Assembly: GCA_963815095.1 (NCBI GenBank)
Contig: CAWFFH010000003.1
Coordinates: forward strand, 1,088,001-1,152,000
Direction of reading: 5' to 3'
Length of the DNA stretch: 64,000 nt
Source: Candidatus Bathyarchaeota archaeon
GTDB taxonomy: Archaea; Thermoproteota; Bathyarchaeia; Bathyarchaeales; Bathycorpusculaceae
The translations under genes and the position numbers were made by a program. Positions 48,970 to 57,665 of the stretch are shown here, piece by piece; positions within the stretch are counted from its first letter, which is position 1, and each line of letters starts with the position of its first letter. The notes beneath the pieces are model-generated. The model saw nothing but the letters and a program-made list of their open reading frames with translations, was not told the DNA's origin and ran no database searches.

Positions 48970-49176
48970 ATGATCTCAAATATAACTCTCTTCATTGTGA
49001 CCTTAATTGGTATGGCTTTGACAATTTTGATAATGTTTCTGCCCACAATTATTGAGTTAAGAAAACCTCGCGATGCTGGACCAAGATTAATAACAGAGTC
49101 CTTTACGTCAGCACAGCCTCTTAATCTTAAAACATCTTCAGACGACAAAGACGAGTTAAAAAAGACAGCTAATTAG
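48970..49176 (+). CDS. Small single-TM protein
   Basis: TM followed by FLPTIIELRKPRDAGPRLI. Confidence 0.55.
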   Translation: MISNITLFIVTLIGMALTILIMFLPTIIELRKPRDAGPRLITESFTSAQPLNLKTSSDDKDELKKTAN

Positions 49177-49189
49177 CTATTTTGAGCTA

Positions 49190-50236
49190 CTAATTTTTTT
49201 TGAAAAGTAACTTTGCATTTTTCCATTGGTCTTTAGCTAGTGATATATTTCCGTATGGGCTTCCGTGAAGCGAATAGAATACGTAGCAGAGATAGTTGCA
49301 TTGAGTGCATTGGTGATAGTTTTTTCTTAATTGTTTGAATTCTGGACTTTTCCATTTTTGAGTTAAATCAAAGATTGACCCTGCAAAGTTGTGGCTGTGG
49401 CATCCTGCAACTCTGCCCAAATGGTCAATGACTAAAAACTGGTTTAGTGCTTGGCATTTCCACGATCTTTTGTTGTCTTCTTCGTAGATGCTTCGAAGTG
49501 TTTCAAGCAATTTATCGGTCATGAGAATTTTTTTGTTTTTCTTTTTCATCTCGATAAGCGAGTTGCAGAGGTTAACCATTGCTTTTTTGTCTGTTATTAC
49601 AAATTCGTCATTTGCTCTTCCCAGCTTAAACAACTGTTTGCTGTCAGCAGATGTATCGTATGAGTAGAGACTATACCAGACTGGAATACCTTTTTCGGTG
49701 AAGTGGTTTGTTAGGTCAACGATTTCATAAAGGTTCTTTTGAGAAATTGTTGGAGTTACACTAACTTTTATGCCTTCATTGTGGAGGGTTTCAACGGCTT
49801 GAGTTGCATTTTTCCAAGCGCCCGGAACTGATTTGATGTAATCGTTTTTTGCTTCATCCAGACTATCAATTGAGATTGCAACGAAATCCACTTTTCTTAA
49901 TGCATCAAGTTTTTTTGCAGCCATACTTCCATTATCATAAACAGTTGTAACAAACAATTTTGATGCATAATTGATTATTTCGCCGATGTCATCTCGAAGT
50001 AGCGGGTCTCCGCCTGAGAGGACAAGCTCAATTACACCAATTTTTTTTAGAATATCTAAGCCTTTCTTTATTTCGTCGGTTGCAAGTTCTCTTTGATCTT
50101 GTTCTTTCCAAACGGTGCATCCACGGCATTGATAGTTGCATTTTCTTGTTACTAGCCATTGTGCATGATGAGGTTTGCCAGAAGCAAGCGAACGCGCCGC
50201 AATTGATGCTGCTTTTTTGAAACCAGACGTCAACAA
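49190..50236 (-). CDS. Radical SAM protein with C-terminal Cys cluster (SPASM/twitch-like)
   Basis: CNYQCRGC, SGGDPLLR, ISIDS, C-terminal C...GC...CTQCNYLC. Confidence 0.88.
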   Translation of the reverse strand: MLTSGFKKAASIAARSLASGKPHHAQWLVTRKCNYQCRGCTVWKEQDQRELATDEIKKGLDILKKIGVIELVLSGGDPLLRDDIGEIINYASKLFVTTVYDNGSMAAKKLDALRKVDFVAISIDSLDEAKNDYIKSVPGAWKNATQAVETLHNEGIKVSVTPTISQKNLYEIVDLTNHFTEKGIPVWYSLYSYDTSADSKQLFKLGRANDEFVITDKKAMVNLCNSLIEMKKKNKKILMTDKLLETLRSIYEEDNKRSWKCQALNQFLVIDHLGRVAGCHSHNFAGSIFDLTQKWKSPEFKQLRKNYHQCTQCNYLCYVFYSLHGSPYGNISLAKDQWKNAKLLFKKN

Positions 50237-50321
50237 GTATCACTAGCCGATTAATTGTTATTACCTATCTCGGGTAGGAACTATAAAAACCATTATAAAA
50301 CTAAGGTTCTCGTATGTTGTT

Positions 50322-51338
50322 TCATGTGCTTTGACGAGACAGTGCAATCCACAGATGGTCTGAGGTTGGTCTTGGTAATATCTCTGGCGAATCATCCTTG
50401 TGAATGATTATGCGTTTGTTTGGGGTTGGGTTGAATTCGCCGATGACATCAGCGTATATGTGTTCTTGGCCGAGTGAGTCGATAATTTTATTTGTGGCTT
50501 GTGGGTCGGCGGCGATAAGTAGTGCTCCTGAACTGATAAGTTGCAGTGGGTCAATTTCGTAAAACCTGCAGATTTTAGCGGTTTCAGGTTCAATAGTTAT
50601 TTTCTCTTCAAACACGCGTACGCCTAAGCCTGCTGCGTCCGCCATTTCGTGAATACCGTTTAAGATTCCGCCTTCAGTTGGGTCGTGCATGGCATGTACT
50701 CCACCTGCTCTGTAAGCGGTTAAGGCATCTTTTACGATGCTGATTTGTTTGTAGAAACCTTTAGCGCTATCCAACAAGGTGGAGGTGAAAGTTTTTGTGA
50801 GCTGCACTTCCCGGTCAGAAGCTAAGATAGCTGTGCCCTCAATTCCTGCGCTCTTCGTCAAAATTAGTTTGTCGCCTGCTTTGGTGCCAGCGGCAGTAAC
50901 GTATTTGCCTTTTTCGGTTAAACCCATGATGCAGCCCACCACAATCGGGTTCTCTAAGCCGGGTGTGGATTCGCAGTGTCCGCCCACAATAGCAATGCCC
51001 AACTCTTTTGCAGCTTTGTGCATTTGGGTACTGATGGTTTCAACGATTTTGCTGTCCGCGTTCTCTGGAAGCATTATGCATGAGAAGAAAAACGCGGGTT
51101 CCACGCCGAAAGTGGCAACATCGTTGGCGTTTACGTTTATGGCTTCCCATCCGACTCGCTCAACCGCACCAGTTATGGGGTCCATAGAGACTATAGCGTT
51201 CTTATTTCCAAAATCTAAAACGGCTCCGTCCACACCTGCGGCGGGTCCCAAAATAACTTCGCTACGGGCGGTGCCGAGGTTTTTGAAAACTACATCTTTT
51301 AGGATGTCTATGGGAATTTTTCCAGGTGGAAGCTTCAT
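50322..51338 (-). CDS. AIR synthase (PurM/HypE/ThiL/SelD superfamily) protein of unknown function
   Basis: DPITGA, NANDVA, IVGGHCE, AMHDPTEGG, ISSGALL; lacks the HypE PRIC tail. Confidence 0.85.
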   Translation of the reverse strand: MKLPPGKIPIDILKDVVFKNLGTARSEVILGPAAGVDGAVLDFGNKNAIVSMDPITGAVERVGWEAINVNANDVATFGVEPAFFFSCIMLPENADSKIVETISTQMHKAAKELGIAIVGGHCESTPGLENPIVVGCIMGLTEKGKYVTAAGTKAGDKLILTKSAGIEGTAILASDREVQLTKTFTSTLLDSAKGFYKQISIVKDALTAYRAGGVHAMHDPTEGGILNGIHEMADAAGLGVRVFEEKITIEPETAKICRFYEIDPLQLISSGALLIAADPQATNKIIDSLGQEHIYADVIGEFNPTPNKRIIIHKDDSPEILPRPTSDHLWIALSRQST

Positions 51339-51351
51339 GCGTATTCCTCTG

Positions 51352-51879
51352 TTAAAGCTGGCTTTTAAGCTGTGGGAAAATACGCAGTACTGCGTGCATG
51401 ATTGGTACTGCAATTATCAGGCCAATGAGCATTTGAACGATGTTGAAAGGAACTTCTAGAATCGCCACAGTACTTCCTAAGATAAGTGTTTCATAAAGGA
51501 AGTATCCTAAAACCATCTCAAACCCTCCAATAACAATGGATATGGTGGCGCTTAAAGTGATGCTTTTAGTCTTCTGTACTATTTTCTTGTATAGGATGCC
51601 GACGAGTAAACCTTCAATTGCTTTTATAGTGAAGGTTCCGGGGGCATACTGCGGAGCTACAAGTGCATCTGCTATTGTTGCTCCTGCACCTGCTATGGCA
51701 CCTACAAAAGGCCCGAACAGCAATGCAGCTACGTAAATGAGAGTCTCTCCGAGATTGAAGTATCCACTGGTAGCAGGAATAGGAATCACAAACAGTAGTG
51801 TGGCTGCTGCGACTAGTGCTGCAAAGATTGCGGCTACTGCAATTTTGAATGGTGTGGTTGTGTTAAATTTGGATTGCAT
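51352..51879 (-). CDS. ECF transporter S component
   Basis: AIFAALV, IPATSGYFNLGE, ALLFGP, AD...YAPGTFTIKAIEG, NIVQ. Confidence 0.88.
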   Translation of the reverse strand: MQSKFNTTTPFKIAVAAIFAALVAAATLLFVIPIPATSGYFNLGETLIYVAALLFGPFVGAIAGAGATIADALVAPQYAPGTFTIKAIEGLLVGILYKKIVQKTKSITLSATISIVIGGFEMVLGYFLYETLILGSTVAILEVPFNIVQMLIGLIIAVPIMHAVLRIFPQLKSQL

Positions 51880-51893
51880 GTTTTTCGCCTTAG

Positions 51894-51927
51894 TATAGTT
51901 GTGACTATAGTATAGTTGCAGCTATAC
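51894..51927. promoter_or_regulatory. Two tandem palindromic operators TATAGT-N4-RCTATA
   Basis: TATAGT-TGTG-ACTATA (51894-51909) and TATAGT-TGCA-GCTATA (51911-51926), between a TATA-like TTTATTA and the ECF start codon. Confidence 0.7.
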
Positions 51928-51952
51928 CATCTAATAAATATTCCCAAAACAA

Positions 51953-53365
51953 TCACATCAGCAACTGAATCTCATCAAACGCCGCCAAAACTTTTTTCCC
52001 ACGCTCCGAAACACGGAAAAACTTCTTCCCACCAACCTCGTAACCAATCACCAACCCCTTATCTGACAGTTCGTTGAGGTGTTGGTAGATAGCGGCGCGC
52101 GTCATTATCTTGCCCAATTGTTTCCACAAATCATAACCATACGTATCTTTCTCATTGAGAATCTTGAGAATTTTCTGTTTCGTACTTACCGCGAGCCCTA
52201 AGCCTATCGTCTTCTGTTTCTTGTTCAAAGCTTGCAACACATCAGTGGCTTTAAGACCGCTCCCCGTAATTAGGCACACAACGCTACCGTCTTTTGAGAT
52301 TCTTTTTTCATCTACAAGCTTTTTCAATGCTGCGACAGTTATTGCACTGGCTGGTTCTGCAAACACGCCCTCTAGTTTTGCGATCTGGAGTTCTGCAATC
52401 AAAATGTCTTGATCGGACACGGTTAAGGAAAGCCCTCCTGACTCAGTTATTGCTTTGGAGGCAAGTTCGCATTGAAGTGGATTTCCTACGAGGATTGCAA
52501 GGGCTCGAGTGGATGGATTGCAAGTTTTATTATTTTCAGAACCTTTGGCCGCGTTCACTATAGCAGCACATCCGTCAGGTTGAACTCCAACCATCTTTGG
52601 CAAGGTCTTCGTTAAGCCGCGTTGTTTTAGTTCTTTGAATCCTTTCCAAACTGAGTAAATGGTGCCCCCGCTTCCCATGGAAACTATCATCCACTCGGGA
52701 ACCTCATATTGTTCCATAATTTCGAAAGAAATGGTTTTTTGGGCTTCAATCACCAGCGGGTTAAGTTCCGCAGTTGCTTGATACCAACCTGTTTCTTTTG
52801 CTACAGCCTTTGCTTTTTGGATTGAGTCGTCAATGATTTCGCCGTATTCCTCAATTATCGCATCGTAGGCAAGTATCTGGGCAAGTTTTCCCACATCCAC
52901 TTCTTTTGGAACTATTACATGACAATTTAATCCAGCTTTTGCCGAGTAAGCGGCCAGAGATGCTCCCATGTTGCCGTTAGTTGCGCATACCAGTGTATCT
53001 GAAAGGAGGTCTATAGCATTAGAGGTTAGGAGTGCAGCAGCCCGGTCTCGATAGGAGTTGGTTGGGTTTCGTGTTTCATCCTTCAAATAAAGTTTAGTTA
53101 ATCCCATTGTTTTCGCAAGTCTCTCAGCCTTATGAAGGGGTGTTCCACCCTCTCCTAAACTGACCATTTGCCTGACAGCAGGAAGCATTTGCCTATACCT
53201 CCAAAACCTAAGTGTTCCAGAAAACTTGACCGATCGTTTCTGGGGAACGTCTGCCGTGTACTCCAATATTTTACCGCATTTTTCGCAGTTACTTCTAAGT
53301 GGGTAAACTGGAAATTTGGTGCCACAATGACTGCATTGAAGGTTTTCGTTGGACTCTTGGAGCAT
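51953..53365 (-). CDS. Threonine-synthase-like domain (catalytic Lys replaced by Arg) fused to PadR-like wHTH; putative transcription factor
   Basis: Zn ribbon, SLGEGGTPL, NPTNSYRDR instead of NPTGSFKDR, EPASA, ITGSGLK; C-terminal YGYDLW...IYQHLNELSDKGLV...KKFFRVSERG. Confidence 0.8.
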   Translation of the reverse strand: MLQESNENLQCSHCGTKFPVYPLRSNCEKCGKILEYTADVPQKRSVKFSGTLRFWRYRQMLPAVRQMVSLGEGGTPLHKAERLAKTMGLTKLYLKDETRNPTNSYRDRAAALLTSNAIDLLSDTLVCATNGNMGASLAAYSAKAGLNCHVIVPKEVDVGKLAQILAYDAIIEEYGEIIDDSIQKAKAVAKETGWYQATAELNPLVIEAQKTISFEIMEQYEVPEWMIVSMGSGGTIYSVWKGFKELKQRGLTKTLPKMVGVQPDGCAAIVNAAKGSENNKTCNPSTRALAILVGNPLQCELASKAITESGGLSLTVSDQDILIAELQIAKLEGVFAEPASAITVAALKKLVDEKRISKDGSVVCLITGSGLKATDVLQALNKKQKTIGLGLAVSTKQKILKILNEKDTYGYDLWKQLGKIMTRAAIYQHLNELSDKGLVIGYEVGGKKFFRVSERGKKVLAAFDEIQLLM

Positions 53366-53428
53366 TTTTGGTTAAATCCAGTCAACTATTATTGTGTTCC
53401 TCCATTTCTCTCTTATCCAAAATTTGGT

Positions 53429-53450
53429 TACTAAATAGTAACTATAGTTG
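53429..53450. promoter_or_regulatory. Related palindrome AACTATAGTT upstream of the ThrC-wHTH gene
   Basis: Perfect 10-bp palindrome at 53440-53449 sharing TATAGTTG with the ECF operators. Confidence 0.45.
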
Positions 53451-53546
53451 TTTCCCAAGAGCATTACAAAAGTAGCTAATGCGAGGGGGAAAATCTAAAT
53501 GTGACTTCTTCAAAGAATAATGTAGAACTAAGAGAGTTGCGTAAAA

Positions 53547-53951
53547 ATGAGCACTGTTAGAGAAGACCCAATTAAAATGCATAAAGATGCAATCACGTTG
53601 ATGGAAAATGGCAAGTACGCTGAGGCAAAAGACCTCTTTATGAAAGTGGCAGAACTCTATTATAAGGGACAGAACTATTTTGGCGCGGCAGAAATGAATT
53701 ATAAAGCAGGCGAATGTAGTTTTGCGCTAAAAGACTATACAAAAGCTGTAGAATTTTTCACCAAATCTGCTGACATCTCATTTGGCAAAGGCTTTGAGCG
53801 TTATGGCGTTAGTGCATTAGAGCAAGCGCGTGATAGCCAGAAATCATTGGGTAACGCTAAAGAAGTAGCGGAACTGGAAAAGAAGATTAGGGAAATCAAC
53901 GACAAACAAAAAGAGCCTGAAGGCGAATCTTCGTTCTCTGTATTTTCCTAA
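53547..53951 (+). CDS. TPR/SNAP-like helical repeat protein
   Basis: GKYAEAKDLF, AGECSFALKDYTKAVEFF. Confidence 0.75.
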   Translation: MSTVREDPIKMHKDAITLMENGKYAEAKDLFMKVAELYYKGQNYFGAAEMNYKAGECSFALKDYTKAVEFFTKSADISFGKGFERYGVSALEQARDSQKSLGNAKEVAELEKKIREINDKQKEPEGESSFSVFS

Positions 53952-53957
53952 ACTTGT

Positions 53958-54743
53958 TTAGTTACCCCAAGTTTTCCTTTTTTTGATTTTTTGCTGCAGA
54001 ATACTGTAAGTCAGGCTTGGGGCAGCAAAATCAGTTGAGGTTTTGATTTCAGGGGTAAAATCGACGATCCCTAACATGTAAGTGGGATGCTTTTCTAACT
54101 CAACTTCGCTGGTGTAGGGTGTTTTTGTGAATCGAAGCACCGTGTTTGCTTTTTGGGTTGTTATTTCTTGTAGGGTAATGTTTCTTCGGTTGCTCTCATG
54201 CGATAGATATGTTGCGATTATGATGATTCGGTGTTTTTTTGCGAAATTTGCAAGATAACTCATGATTTGGCTGTAAACCGCTTTTGCTTCTTGGTCATCC
54301 ACGTTGTCATTCAAAAATGAACTCACCATATCAGAGATCACTACAAGTTTTGCTCCAGATGTTTCTACGGTCTCTGATAGTTTCTCCATTATTAGAGAAG
54401 TCAGTCGATATGCTGTATATGCGCGCATACTGATTACTCGTCCGAGCGCTGCTTTGGGGTCTAGTTGTTGAAGTTCTGCAGCTTGCGCTATGTTTGATAG
54501 TGAAGAACTGTTTGAGCAATCAATGAAAATAACATCGCTTTCTAGTCCGCCAAGTTTCATTGGTAATTGTGCACGGACGCAAAGCTCAGACATTAATGCC
54601 GTAACTGATTGAGAGCCATAGACGACTGCGAAGTCTCCTGCTTTGAATCCTGGAAAAATCTGCTCTATTTCTGGAACCTTAAAAGTAAACTGTTTAGTAG
54701 TTGTCTGTATTATTGTCGCTTTAAGCATAAGTTTTTGTTGCAT
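53958..54743 (-). CDS. Inactivated RadA/Rad51-like protein (no Walker A)
   Basis: LCVRAQLP..LGGL...VIFID, RAYTAY, LVVISD; VYGSQSVT where GxxxxGKT is expected. Confidence 0.75.
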   Translation of the reverse strand: MQQKLMLKATIIQTTTKQFTFKVPEIEQIFPGFKAGDFAVVYGSQSVTALMSELCVRAQLPMKLGGLESDVIFIDCSNSSSLSNIAQAAELQQLDPKAALGRVISMRAYTAYRLTSLIMEKLSETVETSGAKLVVISDMVSSFLNDNVDDQEAKAVYSQIMSYLANFAKKHRIIIIATYLSHESNRRNITLQEITTQKANTVLRFTKTPYTSEVELEKHPTYMLGIVDFTPEIKTSTDFAAPSLTYSILQQKIKKRKTWGN

Positions 54744-54902
54744 CGTTTCTTCACAGAAAACCAGTTTACCCTGATTTGCCTATTTAAAGCGTCGATGCAG
54801 CAACATAGCCGAATAGTGGAGGGGTCAGTGAAAGTGAATTTGGGAGCAATCAATTATAGTCTCAAACACCTTTAGACTAATACGCGTTTTTTGGGGTAAA
54901 TT

Positions 54903-56597
54903 ATGTTTACATCGTTCAAATCTCTCTCTGAACTCCTTGAAAGAGTAGAGGGAACAAAGAAACGGCTTGAAATCATAGAGCACACCACAAATTATCTGAA
55001 AACGATTGGCGCCGATGAAATCGAAGCTGCCACTAACATGATGGTGGGACGAGCTTTCCCCAAGTTCAGCCAAAAAACTCTCGACGTAAGCTGGTCAACC
55101 CTCACCAGCATCTTTGAGCGAATAAGCTTCTTTGACTGGGAACTTTTTCGAGAAGCCATGGCGAAAACAGGCGATATCGGTTCAGCCACCAAAGTAGTTC
55201 TTGAACAAACAAAAGCAAAGAAACAAACTCAACTAACACAGAAGTCCCTAAGCATAACCGAAGTTAGAACCACATTAGAAGCCGTTGCACGAGCTCAGGG
55301 TTCAGGTTCCAGAACCAAAAAAGGACGTCTAATTACCACACTCATGAGCCAAGCCTCACCAGTCGAAGCCAAGTATCTCGTCAAAATCTTCACAGGTGAA
55401 ATGCGTACAGGACTTCATGAAGGTTTAATGGAACAAGCGGTTGCAGGAGCGTTTAACGTTCCGTTCCAGAATGTGCAGCATGTCAGCATGGTCTTGGGAG
55501 ATATTGGCGAGGTTGCCGCTGTCCTTAAGACTCAAGGAGCAGAGGGATTGGAGAAGGCAGGTTTTAGTATCTTTAGACCAGTCAAACTCATGCTTGCACA
55601 GACTGCACAATCAGTTCAGGAAGCTTTAGCTGAGCATGACGGAAAAACCGCATTCGAATACAAGTATGACGGCGCTAGAGTTCAAATTCACAAGCAAAAC
55701 AATAGGGTGAAAATTTTCAGCAGACGACTGAGTGACGTTACGGCGAGCTTGCCTGAAGTTGTGGAAGCCGTAAAACAAAACATCAAAGCACAATCTACAA
55801 TCGTTGAAGGAGAAGTAATCGCGCTCGACAGTGCTGGCTATCCCATCGCGTTCCAGCACCTGATGCGTCGTTTTAAACGGATCCGAGGAGTTGCTGACAT
55901 GGCAGAGAAGATGCCTATAACCCTCTACCTCTTCGATATCCTCTATCTAAACGGGAAAAGCCTAATTGCCGAGCCTTACAACCAGCGTCGTCAAATCCTC
56001 GCCCAAAACGTCGGGGAAATTTCCTTAACCAATCAAATAATAACTGAACAGCCCGCCCAAGCCGCAGGTTTTCTCAAAGAAGCTCTTGATGCTGGACACG
56101 AAGGTTTAATAGCGAAAAAACTCGACAGCCCTTATACTCCTGGACGCCGGGGCAAACGGTGGCTTAAAATCAAAACTGTTCTTGAACCCTTAGACCTTGT
56201 TATCACAGCCGCCGAGTATGGTTACGGGCGCAGGAAAGGCTGGCTCTCAGATTACTATCTTGCGGCAAGAGACTCTAAGACAGGCGAGTTTTTGAATCTT
56301 GGAAAGACGTTTAAGGGGTTAACTGAAGCCGAAATCATCGAGTTAACCCAGAGACTAAAAGAATCCGCCGTAAGCCAAGAGGGGCACCGGGTGATTGTTC
56401 TTCCTAAAATCGTTGTAGAAGTTGCTTATAACGAAATCCAGCAAAGCCCCCGCTACAAAAGCCAAATGGCGCTGCGGTTTGCAAGAATTACACGCATTAG
56501 AGATGACAAAACTCCGGAGGAAGTTGACACGGTTGAGCGGGTTAGGGAAATATATGATAGGCAGTTTCGGAATAAAGGCAAATATAACACTGATTAG
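54903..56597 (+). CDS. lig: ATP-dependent DNA ligase
   Basis: EYKYDGARVQIH, EGEV, EGLIAK, WLKIK, ALRFARI..IRDDK. Confidence 0.95.
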   Translation: MFTSFKSLSELLERVEGTKKRLEIIEHTTNYLKTIGADEIEAATNMMVGRAFPKFSQKTLDVSWSTLTSIFERISFFDWELFREAMAKTGDIGSATKVVLEQTKAKKQTQLTQKSLSITEVRTTLEAVARAQGSGSRTKKGRLITTLMSQASPVEAKYLVKIFTGEMRTGLHEGLMEQAVAGAFNVPFQNVQHVSMVLGDIGEVAAVLKTQGAEGLEKAGFSIFRPVKLMLAQTAQSVQEALAEHDGKTAFEYKYDGARVQIHKQNNRVKIFSRRLSDVTASLPEVVEAVKQNIKAQSTIVEGEVIALDSAGYPIAFQHLMRRFKRIRGVADMAEKMPITLYLFDILYLNGKSLIAEPYNQRRQILAQNVGEISLTNQIITEQPAQAAGFLKEALDAGHEGLIAKKLDSPYTPGRRGKRWLKIKTVLEPLDLVITAAEYGYGRRKGWLSDYYLAARDSKTGEFLNLGKTFKGLTEAEIIELTQRLKESAVSQEGHRVIVLPKIVVEVAYNEIQQSPRYKSQMALRFARITRIRDDKTPEEVDTVERVREIYDRQFRNKGKYNTD

Positions 56598-56624
56598 CAA
56601 CACACAATTTGGAGATGACTAAAG

Positions 56625-57665
56625 TTGGAGTCGGCAGAGAAGAAAGCGTTTGCTAAGGAGTTCTATAGTCGCCAGACTATATTGAAAGAATTGGGCGAGA
56701 TAGGTCAGCAAAAGCTTGCAAAGTCTAAAGTTGCAATAGTGGGTGCTGGTGGACTCGGTACCGTATCCTCGCTCTACCTCGCGTTGGCTGGCGTCGGCTA
56801 CATCCGCCTTATCGACCAAGACACAATAGAAATTCACAACCTTCACCGCCAAATCCTCTACAACCCAGACGACCTCCATTACCCCAAAACAGAGGTTGCT
56901 GCTAAAAGGCTGGAAAAACAGAATCCGCTCGTAAACGTTGAAGCAGTGCCCGAAAACGTGAATGCAGGCAATGTTGAACGGCTTTTGCAAGGGGTGGATT
57001 GCGTGGTTGATGGATTAGATAATATGGTCACCCGCTACCTTGTAAATCGCGCTTGCGTTAAACTGAAAATACCCTACGTTTTCGGTGCAGCCATCGGTAT
57101 CGAAGGCAACCTATCAGTTTTCGCCCCGCCTGAAACGGGATGTTTGGAATGTTTGATGCCTAACCTCTCTGACTCAGATTTGCTGACATGCAATACCCGC
57201 GGCGTCTTGGGGGCTACAACGGGAATAATAGGCGCCTTGCAAGCGATGGAAACCATAAAACTCCTAATAGGCGTAGGCTCCACGTTGAAGAACAAGTTGA
57301 TGGTTTGCGACTTTAGCGACATGGACTTCACAACCATAGATATCTCAAAGAGCAATCGTTGCCCCGTATGTCATGGCGACGTAGCATCGATTGCGGGTGG
57401 CGAGCGGTTGGTTTGGCTCTGCGGCAAGGAAACCGCTAACATCAACCCTAAAAACCCTCTAAAACTTAACCTTGACGAAGTTTATCTACAAGTTAGTGAG
57501 CAATTCAAAATGCGTCTGAAATCGCGGTTAGCATTAATGTTTAATTACAAAACCTATGAAGTTAGCCTCTTCAACGGTGGACGTATGCTCGTAAAAGGCG
57601 TTGCAGACGAAAAAACCGCTTTGACAGTTTACAGAGAAATTTTGAAGAAAATAAATGTTGGCTAA
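56625..57665 (+). CDS. HesA/MoeB/ThiF (UbaA-like E1) adenylyltransferase
   Basis: YSRQ, GAGGLG, NLHRQ, DGLDN, CLEC, CPVC. Confidence 0.9.
   Translation: MESAEKKAFAKEFYSRQTILKELGEIGQQKLAKSKVAIVGAGGLGTVSSLYLALAGVGYIRLIDQDTIEIHNLHRQILYNPDDLHYPKTEVAAKRLEKQNPLVNVEAVPENVNAGNVERLLQGVDCVVDGLDNMVTRYLVNRACVKLKIPYVFGAAIGIEGNLSVFAPPETGCLECLMPNLSDSDLLTCNTRGVLGATTGIIGALQAMETIKLLIGVGSTLKNKLMVCDFSDMDFTTIDISKSNRCPVCHGDVASIAGGERLVWLCGKETANINPKNPLKLNLDEVYLQVSEQFKMRLKSRLALMFNYKTYEVSLFNGGRMLVKGVADEKTALTVYREILKKINVG

Noticed and set aside
50322-51338. Second hypE or selD
   Set aside because: It lacks the HypE C-terminal PRIC and the SelD N-terminal Cys/Sec-x-x-Lys motif.
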